64,000 bases of DNA from a bacterium. Lineage in GTDB: Bacteria > Actinomycetota > Acidimicrobiia > Spongiisociales > Spongiisociaceae. The stretch's first letter is position 1, and each line of letters begins with the position of its first letter. A program made the position numbers and the translations under genes. The notes under the pieces are model-generated. The model did not search any database, had not been told where the DNA came from, and saw only the letters and a list, made by a program, of their open reading frames with translations. The DNA lies in the NCBI GenBank assembly GCA_028821265.1, contig JAPPGU010000008.1, forward strand, positions 108,716 to 172,715. The letters are read 5' to 3'. Shown here piece after piece: positions 18,906 through 29,062 of this stretch.

Positions 18906-19904
18906 TCATGCCCGGCCGACCGCCACCCGGTCGGCGAGTGTCGCCCTGATGGCCCGTTCCAGGTCGTCGGCGCCCACGTCGAGCCTTCCCTCGAGCACGG
19001 GGCTGAACGGCACTGGTATGTCCGGCCAGGTGACTCTCTGAGGTTGGGACCGCAGGGAATCCCAGGCCCTGTCCGACACGCCGGCGATCACCTCCGCCGC
19101 CAGGCCGCACAGGCGGCGGGCCGGATCGGCCACCACCAGCCGGCCGGTCTTGCGAACCGAGGCGACGATCGTGTCCCAGTCGAGCGGCACGAGGCTGCGC
19201 GGATCCACCACCTCGACCGAGATCCCGTCGGCCTCGAGCTTGGCCGCCACGTCGACTGCCGTGTGGACCAGCGACGCCAGCGCCACCACCGTCACGTCCT
19301 TGCCCTGCCGCTTGACGTCCGCCACGCCCAGCGGGATCTCGTAGGGATCCCCCGGGACGGGCTCGCGGCGGCGGGAGAGGCGCAGATCGGCCAGGAAGAC
19401 GACCGGGTTGGGATCCCGTATGGATGCGATCATCAGGCCCTTGGCATCGTGGGGGGTGCTCGGCATCACCACCTTGAGGCCGGCCGTGTGCATCAGGATC
19501 GAGTGGGGGTTCTCCGAGTGCTGGGCGGCGGCGGAGCCCGACGGCCCGGTCCCGGCGAAGTAGACGATGGGAAGTTCCACCTGGCCGCCGGACATGTAGC
19601 GGAGGCGGGCGGCCTGGTTGGCCACCTGGTCCATGGCCACGTAGAAGAAGCTGGAGAACATCACGTGGGCGAACGGCTTCAGACCGGCGGCTGCGGCGCC
19701 GACCGCCCCGCCGACGAACGCCGCCTCCGAAATGGGGGTCTTGCGGATCCGGTTGGCGCCGAACGTGTCGATCAGGCCCCTGGTGACGCCGAAGACGCCC
19801 TGGTCCACATCCTCGCCCATCACAATTACCGTCTCGTCCTCCTCCATGGCGGCGCGTAGCGCCTGGTGGATGGCCGCCATGAAGTACACCCTCGCCACCG
19901 TCAT
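18906..19904 (-). CDS. 2-oxoacid/acetoin dehydrogenase E1 beta subunit
   Basis: GEDV, TPISEAAFVGGA, AAQHS, EVVDPRSLVPLD. Confidence 0.92.
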   Translation of the reverse strand: MTVARVYFMAAIHQALRAAMEEDETVIVMGEDVDQGVFGVTRGLIDTFGANRIRKTPISEAAFVGGAVGAAAAGLKPFAHVMFSSFFYVAMDQVANQAARLRYMSGGQVELPIVYFAGTGPSGSAAAQHSENPHSILMHTAGLKVVMPSTPHDAKGLMIASIRDPNPVVFLADLRLSRRREPVPGDPYEIPLGVADVKRQGKDVTVVALASLVHTAVDVAAKLEADGISVEVVDPRSLVPLDWDTIVASVRKTGRLVVADPARRLCGLAAEVIAGVSDRAWDSLRSQPQRVTWPDIPVPFSPVLEGRLDVGADDLERAIRATLADRVAVGRA

Positions 19905-20872
19905 CCTCCTGCGGGGGCGAATACGTGGTCGAGCGCCTCGTCGGGCGACGGGAGGGGGCTGGCCTCGGCAAAGTCCACGGCCCGGCGGACCGCCTCCTGC
20001 TCCTCAGCGTCAGTGGAGTCGAGTTGCCCGGCCGTGATCCCGGCTTCGGTCTGGAGGAGGTCACGGAAGCGGGTAATGGGGTCGCGGGCCTTCCAGCTCT
20101 CCACCTCCTCATCCGTGCGGTAGGCGGACACGAAGGCGCTCTCGCCCTCGCTGTGACCCGAGAATCGGTAGGTGATCGCCTCGATCAGGGAGGGCCCCTC
20201 CCCGCGCCGGGCCCGGTCGACCGCCTCGCCGACCACCCGGCGGACCTCCAGGACATCGTTGCCGTCCACCTCCAGGCTGGCGACCCCGAAGGGTTCGCCC
20301 CGGCGGAAGATCCTCCCCGCGGTGAGGTCGGCGGTGGGAGTGAACTCCATGTACTGGTTGGACTCGCACAGGTAGATGACCGGGAGCTTCCAGATGGCGG
20401 CCAGGTTGAGGGACTCGAGCAGGACGCCCTGGTTGGCGGCGCCGTCACCGAAGAAGCAGATCGTCACCCCGTCCCGGCCCAGCACCGAGTCGGCGATGCC
20501 CGACCCGGTGGCCATCGGGATCCCGCCGCCGACGATGCCGTTGGCGCCCAGGATCCCCAGGCTGGTGTCGATGATGTGCATCGAGCCGCCCTTGCCCCGG
20601 CAATAGCCGTCCTCGCGCCCGAAGAGTTCGGCCATCATCGGCGCGACATCGGCCCCCTTGGCAATGCAGTGGCCGTGACCCCGGTGGGTGCTGGTGATGT
20701 GATCGGTGTCGCGCAGCACGCTGCAGGCGCCCACCGCCACCGCCTCCTCGCCCACGTAGACATGCACGAATCCGGGCAGCTTTCCGAGCCTGTGGAGTTC
20801 CTGGACCTTCTCCTCGAAGACCCGGATGCGTACCATCCGCCGGTAGAGGCGCAGGAGGGTATCGGGCGACAT
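19901..20872 (-). CDS. 2-oxoacid/acetoin dehydrogenase E1 alpha subunit
   Basis: THRGHGH, GKGGSMH, FFGDGAANQG, TYRFSGHS; ATG at 20872. Confidence 0.92.
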   Translation of the reverse strand: MSPDTLLRLYRRMVRIRVFEEKVQELHRLGKLPGFVHVYVGEEAVAVGACSVLRDTDHITSTHRGHGHCIAKGADVAPMMAELFGREDGYCRGKGGSMHIIDTSLGILGANGIVGGGIPMATGSGIADSVLGRDGVTICFFGDGAANQGVLLESLNLAAIWKLPVIYLCESNQYMEFTPTADLTAGRIFRRGEPFGVASLEVDGNDVLEVRRVVGEAVDRARRGEGPSLIEAITYRFSGHSEGESAFVSAYRTDEEVESWKARDPITRFRDLLQTEAGITAGQLDSTDAEEQEAVRRAVDFAEASPLPSPDEALDHVFAPAGG

Positions 20873-21077
20873 AGTGACCGATCCTAACGGCACTCCTCCC
20901 GGCGTCCCCAGTGGCACGGAGAACGCGAAAATCGCGCGGCCCGGGCTTCGCCCGTTGGGCCCGCCCCCTCCGCCACCACCTTGGTGTCGAGCGCGTTCCG
21001 TCCCTCCCCCGGCGGGGCTGCTCGACGATATGTTCCCGGCGCGGTCCGGTCGACGTCGGAGCCGGACCGCAGGTGCT

Positions 21078-21116
21078 TACGGTATCCAACACCGTATAGC
21101 GGGGCTATGACACATA
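21078..21116. promoter_or_regulatory. Two short palindromes upstream of the E1 operon (possible operator sites)
   Basis: TACGGT-N7-ACCGTA (21078-21096) and TATG-ACA-CATA (21106-21116) in the locally AT-richer part of the spacer. Confidence 0.35.
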
Positions 21117-21170
21117 CAACCCCCTTGTTCGTGGGGGCGTCTGCGGGTGGGATGACGGATCCGCGCGCTG

Positions 21171-22556
21171 CTAGAGCAACCCTTCCGAGCGCAGGTCGGA
21201 TTCCACCCGGTCGAGGCTGCGTTCGATCACGCCCACCACCCAGTCGCCCTCCTCGGCGGTCATGATCAGGGGCGGTGACAGGATGATGTGCTGGCGGAGG
21301 GGTCTCACGATCAGGCCTTCATCCCGGCATTTGGCCTCCACCCGCCCGGAAATCCCTACCTCCGCGGGAAACAATGCCTTGGTGTCCTTGTTCGCCACCA
21401 ACTCGACCGCGGCCATGAACCCCAGACCCCTCACCTCTCCGACCAGCGAGGAGCCGGACAGCTCCCGGAGCCGGGCCTGGAACCGGGCGCCCACCCGGGC
21501 GACGTGGCCGCAGAGATCCTCGCGCTCAATGATGTCGATGTTGGCCAGACCGGCCGCGCAACACACCGGGTGGCCGGAGTGGGTGAACCCGTGGGCGTAG
21601 ATCCGGTCCGGGTCCTCGGAGGCGCTGATGACTTCCTGGATACGGTCCGACACCAGGGTTGCTGATAGGGGCTGGTATCCGGAGCTGATCCCCTTGCCCA
21701 GCGTGATGAGATCGGCCTGCATTCCGAAGACCGGCTCGGCTGCCATGAAGTGGCCCAGCCGGCCGAACCCGGTCACGACCTCGTCGGCGATCACGAATAT
21801 GTCGTTGGCGTGGCACACCTCCGCCATGCGGGCGTGGTATCCCTCGGGAGGAACGATCACTCCCCCGGCGCCCAGGACCGGCTCCAGGATGAAGCAGGCG
21901 ATGTTGTCGGCCCCAAGGCGAGTGATCAGGCGTTCCAGGTCGTCCACCAGGTAGTCCACGAACAGATCCCCCTCCATCCCGTCCGGAGCGCGGTAGGGGT
22001 AGGGGGAGCGGAGCTCGTGGACCACATCCACCACATGGAACGTCTCGTGATAGTTGCCCGAGAAGGTCAGCGACGCGGCCAGATACGTGGATCCGTGGTA
22101 CGACTGATCGACGCTGAGGACGAACCGTTTGCTGTCCCGGCCCTGGAGTCGGAAGTAGTGATGGACGGTCCGTATCGCTGTCTCGTTGGCGATCGACCCG
22201 CCCGTGCCCAGGAAGACGCGGTTCAAACCCTCGGGCGCCAACCGGGCGATCCGGGCGGCCAGCTCGGCGGAGGGCAGGTTGGCGTTCCGGGCGAAGATCT
22301 GCCCGTAGCTCATCCGGCCCGCCTGCTCCCGGATCGCCTCCACCATCTCGTCCCGCCCGTAGCCGACGTTGACGCACCAGAGACCGGCGTTGGCGTCGAA
22401 CAGTCGATTACCGCGGGCGTCCTCCAGATAGCACCCGGCGCCCCCCACGTACATGTCGTCCGGGGTGATCTCGGTGGTGGCCAGCTGGCTGAACGGATGG
22501 ATGACGTGGGAACGGTCATGCCCGATCGCCGCGCGGTAGGTCTCCTCGACGCTCAT
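21171..22556 (-). CDS. Class III (omega) aminotransferase
   Basis: GLWCVNVGYGR, SYHGST, EPVLGAGG, DEVVTGFGR, LGKGISSGY. Confidence 0.92.
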   Translation of the reverse strand: MSVEETYRAAIGHDRSHVIHPFSQLATTEITPDDMYVGGAGCYLEDARGNRLFDANAGLWCVNVGYGRDEMVEAIREQAGRMSYGQIFARNANLPSAELAARIARLAPEGLNRVFLGTGGSIANETAIRTVHHYFRLQGRDSKRFVLSVDQSYHGSTYLAASLTFSGNYHETFHVVDVVHELRSPYPYRAPDGMEGDLFVDYLVDDLERLITRLGADNIACFILEPVLGAGGVIVPPEGYHARMAEVCHANDIFVIADEVVTGFGRLGHFMAAEPVFGMQADLITLGKGISSGYQPLSATLVSDRIQEVISASEDPDRIYAHGFTHSGHPVCCAAGLANIDIIEREDLCGHVARVGARFQARLRELSGSSLVGEVRGLGFMAAVELVANKDTKALFPAEVGISGRVEAKCRDEGLIVRPLRQHIILSPPLIMTAEEGDWVVGVIERSLDRVESDLRSEGLL

Positions 22557-22780
22557 GCGAGTACCCGGATCGCCCGTTCGCCCCGCTCACGGGGAGAACG
22601 GGGCTTGCAGGCGGCGCCTATCGCCGGCGCCGTACGCGAGCGCTTCTGGAGCCGGTCGGCCATGGACCGCACACTACACCGACCGATCCACGAAACGGCC
22701 GGGCCGCCCCATCCATTTTGCGCCCCTTCGGACCGACCCGGGACGCCCGGCAGCCCCGGTACGGGGGTAGTTAGCCTTGG

Positions 22781-23977
22781 ATGGACCAGGAAGTCGAAGG
22801 AGGCCGCGTGGTGCTGGGAGCAACCAAGAACCGCCCTCTCGCCACCACGACCACCGGCGGCATGCCCCGCCCTGGTTGGTACACCGAGTCACTCTCCGGG
22901 AGATCGTTCTCGGTGGCGATGGCAGGGCGCGGTTTCCGCGAGCAGTACCGCGACCTGGTCGCCGCCCTGGTGGCCGACCAGAACCGGGCCGGCATCGACA
23001 TCCTGGTCGACGGGGACGCCCGGTTTGACGACGACGTGGCAGGGAGGCAGTGGATCACCTACCCGGAGGAACGTCTGGCCGGTCTCGGACCTCCGGAACT
23101 GCGGAGCTATCCCATCCACCAAGGCAAGCAGCCCGGCGAGTTCATGTACGAGGTCATGGAGACGAGGATGCCGCGCGCCGTCATCGGCAGGGTCGGCCCG
23201 GGCCCGCTCGAGTACGACCGGATCTGGCAGACCGCGCAGGCCTCGACGGACAAGCCGGTGAAGTTCGGCGCCATCTCGGCCCAACTCCTCGAAGCCTCCA
23301 TCAACAACGACTTCTACCCTGACCGGCGTCGCCTGGTCATGGATCTGTCCGAGATCATGAACGAGGAGTACCACCGCCTCGCCGACGCCGGCTGCCCGGT
23401 TATCCAGGTGGAGGAGCCCGCCATCCACGGGATCGCCGGAACGGAACCGGGCACCATGCTCGACGCCGGTTTCTACGTGGAGGCCTTCAACAGAGAGGTG
23501 GCCGGCCTGCGTGACAAGACCGAGGTGTGGTGCCACACCTGCTGGGGAAGTCCCGGCGCCCAGCGGACCCGCTCGCAGCAATTCTCCTACGAAGCCACCC
23601 TGCCCTTCCTCAACGAGCTGGACGTCGACGTGCTGACCTTCGAGGCGAAGGAGACCTCGGGCGCGGAGATACCGATGATCGCCTCCGGAATCGGACCGGA
23701 CAAGAAGATCGCCCTGGGGGTGGTGAGCCACCGCACGCTCCAGATCGAGCCTCCGGAAGAGGTCGCGGACCTGGTGCGGAGGGCGCTGGACCACATCGGT
23801 CCCGAGCGGTTGATCCTGTCGACGGATTGCGGGTTCGGACGCCAGGGGATGAGCCGCATGCACGCGTTCTACAAGATGGTCTCGCTGGTGCGTGGCGTGA
23901 ACCTGGTACGGGCCGAGCTCGGCCTGGAGGAGGCCGACGTCCCCGCTGCGTCGCCCCGCCTGACCATGCTCGACTGA
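22781..23977 (+). CDS. Single-domain MetE-like (cobalamin-independent methionine synthase catalytic domain) Zn enzyme
   Basis: D...DG, IQVEEP, HTCWG, TFEA, STDCGFG Zn ligands; about 390 aa. Exact start uncertain. Confidence 0.82.
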   Translation: MDQEVEGGRVVLGATKNRPLATTTTGGMPRPGWYTESLSGRSFSVAMAGRGFREQYRDLVAALVADQNRAGIDILVDGDARFDDDVAGRQWITYPEERLAGLGPPELRSYPIHQGKQPGEFMYEVMETRMPRAVIGRVGPGPLEYDRIWQTAQASTDKPVKFGAISAQLLEASINNDFYPDRRRLVMDLSEIMNEEYHRLADAGCPVIQVEEPAIHGIAGTEPGTMLDAGFYVEAFNREVAGLRDKTEVWCHTCWGSPGAQRTRSQQFSYEATLPFLNELDVDVLTFEAKETSGAEIPMIASGIGPDKKIALGVVSHRTLQIEPPEEVADLVRRALDHIGPERLILSTDCGFGRQGMSRMHAFYKMVSLVRGVNLVRAELGLEEADVPAASPRLTMLD

Positions 23978-24051
23978 CCGTCCGGAACTCGGGCACGTTG
24001 CCCGCCTCGGCGGTACGCTCAGCTCGTTCTCAGACTTGACAGGAGCACCCC

Positions 24052-24906
24052 ATGACCGGACACGGCGCGGACGTACTCGATCTCGGCGGCCGGGTGGCGG
24101 TGATCACCGGCGCCGCCTCGGGACAGGGGAGGGCAGCAGTCCGCCGTCTGCAACGGGCGGGAGCGACGGTGGCCGCACTGGATCTGAATACGGAGGGCCT
24201 CGCCACGTTGGGGGACGACATCCTGACGCTGCCGGTGGACACCTCGGATCCTGATCGGGTCGCAGAAGCCTTCGAGGAGATCGAGAGCTCGCTGGGACCG
24301 GCCTACATCCTGGCGTCGGCGGCGGCCGTCTGGGCAGGCTGGAACAGCATCGTCGACATGGACTACGGCGACGTGGAGCGGATCTTCCGGATCAACACCT
24401 TCGGAACGCTCTACTGCGTCAAGAATGCCGCCCGCCAGATGATCCGTGAAGCCGAGGGTGGCCGGATCATCATGTGGTCGTCCATCGCAGCCGCCCGCGG
24501 CCAGGCCGGCGACATCCCGTACAGCGGCAGCAAGGCCGCCCTCGAGGGCATGGCCCGACCGCTGGCCGCCGAACTGGCCCGGCACGAGATCACCGTCAAC
24601 GTGATCGCGCCGGGCGCTATCGACACCCCGATGCTGGGCGGCACCGACCTGAGCTTCTACGACACGGTACTGCCCGGACGGCGGATCGGAACCCCGGACG
24701 AGATCGCCGAACTGGTCGCCTGGCTCTGCTCGCCCCTTTCACGGTTCGTCACCGGAGCGGTGATCCCCATAAACGGAGGTGTCGCGTCGATCAACGGACC
24801 GTGGGCACTGGCCCACACTTTCCACCAGTTGGAGCCGGATCTGGTCGACCGGATGAAGGCAGCCCTGTACGGCGAGGACCAGCCAGCCAGCACCAGTTAC
24901 AGCTAA
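24052..24906 (+). CDS. Short-chain dehydrogenase/reductase
   Basis: TGAASGQG, YSGSK, ITVNVIAPG. Confidence 0.9.
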   Translation: MTGHGADVLDLGGRVAVITGAASGQGRAAVRRLQRAGATVAALDLNTEGLATLGDDILTLPVDTSDPDRVAEAFEEIESSLGPAYILASAAAVWAGWNSIVDMDYGDVERIFRINTFGTLYCVKNAARQMIREAEGGRIIMWSSIAAARGQAGDIPYSGSKAALEGMARPLAAELARHEITVNVIAPGAIDTPMLGGTDLSFYDTVLPGRRIGTPDEIAELVAWLCSPLSRFVTGAVIPINGGVASINGPWALAHTFHQLEPDLVDRMKAALYGEDQPASTSYS

Positions 24907-24916
24907 CAGCTAGGTC

Positions 24917-25876
24917 TCAGTAGGGCCGGGATCCCTTCGGCCGGTCAGCCAGGTAGGGCTGGGTGATCTTGCGAGCCTGCTCGATTGGATGCACCCCTAC
25001 CTGCTGGGCGAAGGCGTCGATCAGCCGATCCACCACCGGACCGGGAGTCCCGGTCCCGATCTCCATGCCGTCGATGCTGGTGACCGGCATCACGAAGAAG
25101 GGGGTGGAGGCGAAGAAGGCCTCATCGGCCGTCATCACGTCGTAAGGCTCGAGGTTGGTCTCCACGAACTCCAAACCGAGCTGCGGCGCCAGATCCCGCA
25201 CGTCCTCGCGGGTGATTCCCCGCAGGATGTTCCGCCCCTCCGGTGAGATGATGGCGCCGTCCTTCACGATCAGGAAGTTGGCCCCGCCCCCTTCGGTGAT
25301 GTAACCGTCGTCATCCACGAACAGTGCCTCGGCCCGGGGGTCCACCTTCTGGGCCTCCCTCATGCCCTGCCCGTAGTGGATGCGGTTGCGGTTCTTCATC
25401 TTCGGGTCGAGGTAGCGGGCCGGGATGTTCTTGGTCGGCGGTATGACGGCCGGAACTCCGTTCTCCAGCCCGTCGAGGAACCCGACCAGCGACGGTCCCA
25501 GCGGGATCACCATCATGAACACGGTCCGCTCGTAGGAGTCGTACGGTCCGGGATCGAACGGTTTGGCGATGCCCCTCGAGCAGTCGTTGTTCCACATCAG
25601 GTCGTCGTAGGGCTCGATGGTGGCCCTGTTGCGCTCGATGAACTCGTGGGTGACCTCCTCCATCTCCGCGATCGACATGCCGCAGTCGATGTCCAGAGCC
25701 TTCATCGAGGCGTAGAGGCGGTCCAGGTGGTCACGGAGACGGTGAGGACGCAGGTCATAGGTCCGGACCGTCTCGAAAACGAACTCCCCGATCCGCACCC
25801 CCACGTCGAATGGCGCCAGCCTCAACTCCGACTCGGGGATGAAATGACCATTGAAATAGGCGGTACGTTCGTTCAT
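24917..25876 (-). CDS. Class IV PLP enzyme (D-amino-acid/branched-chain aminotransferase family)
   Basis: YFNG, FETVRTY, K at PKMKNRN, TEGGGANF, ILRGITR, DEAFFAST; ATG at 25876 with GGAGG RBS. Confidence 0.88.
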   Translation of the reverse strand: MNERTAYFNGHFIPESELRLAPFDVGVRIGEFVFETVRTYDLRPHRLRDHLDRLYASMKALDIDCGMSIAEMEEVTHEFIERNRATIEPYDDLMWNNDCSRGIAKPFDPGPYDSYERTVFMMVIPLGPSLVGFLDGLENGVPAVIPPTKNIPARYLDPKMKNRNRIHYGQGMREAQKVDPRAEALFVDDDGYITEGGGANFLIVKDGAIISPEGRNILRGITREDVRDLAPQLGLEFVETNLEPYDVMTADEAFFASTPFFVMPVTSIDGMEIGTGTPGPVVDRLIDAFAQQVGVHPIEQARKITQPYLADRPKGSRPY

Positions 25877-25970
25877 GTCCCCTCCTCCCGGCCGCCGCAG
25901 GCCCTCCCCCGCGCGACCGTTGTCGTCCATAATGGCACGGGGCAGACTCGGACGGTCGGTAGGAGGGCTG

Positions 25971-26945
25971 ATGGCGAATCAGGTAATGACGGTTGCCGGT
26001 CCGGTCGATGTGGAGGATCTGGGCCTCACACTCATGCACGAGCACATCTTCCTCGACCTGATGCGGGATGCCTGGATCTTCACGAACATCCTCAACGACC
26101 CGGAGTTGGCGGACATCGAACTCGACATGCTCCGCCATGCCGGTGGCGCCACCGTCGTCGACCTCACATCCGGAGGCCTCCGGGAGTACGACAACCCCAT
26201 CATGTTCCACCAGGACGATCTCTCGCCGCTGCCACCGCCCCTAGCGGTTCGCCGCGCCGCCGAGCGGAGCGGGCTCAAGGTCATCATGGGCGCCGGCTGG
26301 TACCACGAGAACTACTACAAGCCCCGGTTGTGGGACCTCTCCACCGACCAGCTGGCGGCCGAGATCGTCGGGGAACTCCGCCAAGGCATGGAGGGAACCG
26401 ACGTGAGAGCGGGGATCATCGGGGAGATCGGCGCCCAGTACAACCGCCTGTCAGCTATCGAGGAACGGGTGTTGCGGGCCGCCGCCCGCGCCCAGATGGA
26501 GACCGGCGTCGGCCTGACCACCCACACCACGAGAGGGGTCGGCGGGTTGGAGCAGCTGGACGTCCTGGAGCAGGAGGGCGTCGATCTCTCACGGGTGGTG
26601 CTCGCCCACTCCGGAGGCCAGCCCTACCCGGAGTACCACGCCCGGATCGCCCGGCGCGGCGCCTGCGTCTCGTTCGACCGCATGGGGAGCCTGCCGGACA
26701 TGACCGGCTTCCACCGCAACCGTGTCCTGCGCAGCATCAAGCGCCTGATCGATGACGGCCATACGGACAGGATCGTCCTGTCTCATGATGTGTGCTATGC
26801 CGATGATCTGGCCACCAACGGCGGCCCCGGCTACGCCTGGCTCCCCGTGGCCGGCCGGGAGATGCTCGCACAGGAGATCGGTCTTACCGACCACCAGTGG
26901 CACACCATCATGGTCGAGACCCCCAAACGCATCCTGGCCGGCTGA
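25971..26945 (+). CDS. Phosphotriesterase-family protein #2
   Basis: AGGAGG RBS; TVAGP, HEH, GEIG, TH, AH, SHD. Confidence 0.9.
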   Translation: MANQVMTVAGPVDVEDLGLTLMHEHIFLDLMRDAWIFTNILNDPELADIELDMLRHAGGATVVDLTSGGLREYDNPIMFHQDDLSPLPPPLAVRRAAERSGLKVIMGAGWYHENYYKPRLWDLSTDQLAAEIVGELRQGMEGTDVRAGIIGEIGAQYNRLSAIEERVLRAAARAQMETGVGLTTHTTRGVGGLEQLDVLEQEGVDLSRVVLAHSGGQPYPEYHARIARRGACVSFDRMGSLPDMTGFHRNRVLRSIKRLIDDGHTDRIVLSHDVCYADDLATNGGPGYAWLPVAGREMLAQEIGLTDHQWHTIMVETPKRILAG

Positions 26946-26983
26946 CCACCCCACCCGAGCCGTCGCCGGTAGCCGGCACCACG

Positions 26984-28114
26984 TCAGAGGCTGGCGGCCT
27001 CGTCGATCACGGCCAGGAACCGGTCGATGTCCTCCCGGTTGTTGAACACGTGCGGATCCACCCGGAGCACGTCCGCGTAGTGCCAGCCGTCAACACCTCT
27101 CCTCCGCATCAGGTCGCACACCTCTCTGGGGCGTTCCATTCGCACGGCCACTATCCCGGCCCTCGCATCGGCATCGGGCAGCGTGTGGAGGTCGAGACCG
27201 CGGGATAGCAACCCGTCGATGCAGTACCCGGCCAGATCCAGCACATACTGCTCGACCTCGGCCATGCCGACGCCCGTCAGAATTTCGAGCCCCGGGAGGG
27301 TGGCGGCCAGCCCGAGAAGCGGCGGAGCGCCCAGGCGGAACCGATCCGCGCCGGGCTTGGGATCCAACCCGCCTCCGGGCCACGACGGGTAGTCGTACGA
27401 GAACCCGGTGATCCCGGCTCGGGGAGGGAGGCGGTCGGCGTAGCGCCGGTCGGCATACAGGAACCCGACCCCGGCCGATCCCAGCAGCCATTTCATGGCG
27501 CCGCAGGCGAGGAAGTGGACCCCCGACCGATGCACGTCTATCTCCACGGCGCCGGCCGACTGCATGGCGTCCACGATGAGTGCCGCGCCGTGCTCGGCTG
27601 CCAGCGTCCCCAGCGCGTCCAGATCGTGGCGGAACCCCGTCATGTGACACACATGTGACACGCTCACCGCGATGGTGTCGTGGTCGATGGCCTCGGCCAG
27701 GTCGTCGATGTGGACCGCTCCGTCCCGTGGCGCCACGAAGCGGCAGTCGATCGACTCGCGTGCCGGCAGCATCCATGGATACACCGAGGAGGGGTAGGTG
27801 AGGGTGTCGAAGACCACATTGGATCCGGGGAACCCGTCGAGTATCTCCACCGCCAGGTTGGAGCCGGCGCCTGTGCAATCGGTGACGACCACCTCGTCGG
27901 GTTCGGCCCCGATCAGCGACCCGAACAGATCCTGTACCCGGCGGTACTCCTGGTCGAGCCGGTCATAACGGTCCTTGGGGTCGTACGTGACCTCCTCTAC
28001 GAACCGCGCCACGGCTTCGCGGGCGGGGATCGAGGCGGGCGCCAGGCCGCCGCTGAACAGGTAGGCGCGCTCGGCCAGCACCGGGAACAGCGCGCGGATC
28101 TCCGACTGGTTCAT
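26984..28114 (-). CDS. Class V aminotransferase-fold PLP enzyme
   Basis: IRALFP, DAMQSAG, CGAMKWLLG.AG.GFLY; no obvious desulfurase catalytic Cys loop near the C-terminus. Confidence 0.85.
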   Translation of the reverse strand: MNQSEIRALFPVLAERAYLFSGGLAPASIPAREAVARFVEEVTYDPKDRYDRLDQEYRRVQDLFGSLIGAEPDEVVVTDCTGAGSNLAVEILDGFPGSNVVFDTLTYPSSVYPWMLPARESIDCRFVAPRDGAVHIDDLAEAIDHDTIAVSVSHVCHMTGFRHDLDALGTLAAEHGAALIVDAMQSAGAVEIDVHRSGVHFLACGAMKWLLGSAGVGFLYADRRYADRLPPRAGITGFSYDYPSWPGGGLDPKPGADRFRLGAPPLLGLAATLPGLEILTGVGMAEVEQYVLDLAGYCIDGLLSRGLDLHTLPDADARAGIVAVRMERPREVCDLMRRRGVDGWHYADVLRVDPHVFNNREDIDRFLAVIDEAASL

Positions 28115-28198
28115 GGGCCAACCTTCAAGCGGTCTCTGTGTGCCGGACGCGGTGGCGGACACCGGTCGGACGACGCCCACACCGCGCCTGCCACACCT

Positions 28199-28957
28199 CT
28201 ACCCGCTGTTCCGGGCGCCGCGCCGCCGGCCTATCTCCAACCGCAACCGGGCGACGACCGAGCGAAACTCGGACGATGCCTCCGAGAACCCCTTCCCGGT
28301 CTTGGCGCCGGGTCCGTTCAGGTAGTCCAGGACGATCGCCTCGGCGGCGACGAATTCGGCGGCGGCCTCCGCCACCTCGGTTGCGATGTTCCGGGGGATG
28401 CTGGTCACTCCGTTCAAGTCGCCGTGCAGCAGGTCGCCCTGGTTGACGACCAGGCCACCCACGCGGACCTGCTGCCCGACATGGAGGGTGCGGCAGTAAC
28501 CGTGGGCGCTGATGGTCGACCCGGTGAAGACCGGGAAGTCCAGAGCCCTTACCTGGTCCAGGTCCCGCCCGGCGCCGTTGGTCACCAGCCCCACAGCCCC
28601 GAAGGTCCGGTAGGTGGTGCACATGATCTCCCCGAACACCGCCGCGGCCGGCGGATCGTCGAGGTCCTGGTAGACGACCACCGGGGGACCTCCGAGTCCT
28701 TCGAACAGTTCGATCTGATCCTCAAGAGATCCGTAGACGTCGGTTGCCGACGGCTCGCCCGCCGAGCGGAAGGCGGCGGTGGCGGCCAGACCGACCATCG
28801 GCGGCATCTCGGGAAAGGCAGAACGGATCCGATGATCCATGTAGCCCTGGTCCCGGGGTCTGACATCGAACAACTCGATCACGTTGCAGATGGTGGGCGT
28901 GTCGAACCGCCGGAGCAGGTCGAGGGTTGAAGCGGCGACCGGCGTCGAGTCCAGCAT
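28199..28957 (-). CDS. RraA/HMG-aldolase family protein
   Basis: DTPTICN, PMVGLAAT, FGEIM, GAGRDL, GDLLHGDLNGV. Confidence 0.85.
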   Translation of the reverse strand: MLDSTPVAASTLDLLRRFDTPTICNVIELFDVRPRDQGYMDHRIRSAFPEMPPMVGLAATAAFRSAGEPSATDVYGSLEDQIELFEGLGGPPVVVYQDLDDPPAAAVFGEIMCTTYRTFGAVGLVTNGAGRDLDQVRALDFPVFTGSTISAHGYCRTLHVGQQVRVGGLVVNQGDLLHGDLNGVTSIPRNIATEVAEAAAEFVAAEAIVLDYLNGPGAKTGKGFSEASSEFRSVVARLRLEIGRRRGARNSG

Positions 28958-29062
28958 CTCTACTCCCTATCTCTATCGGAGGCCCGGCCCCGGCGAGCGG
29001 AGCGCCATTCCCGGCCCATCAGGACTGCTCCACTGGTCTGTGCCTGCGCATCGGCTCGGTTG

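Noticed and set aside
20873-21170. TPP riboswitch upstream of the ThDP-enzyme cluster
   Set aside because: The CTGAGA and downstream conserved TPP elements are absent.
22557-22780. SAM or cobalamin riboswitch upstream of the MetE-like gene
   Set aside because: No conserved core sequences were recognised by eye; an Rfam scan would settle it.
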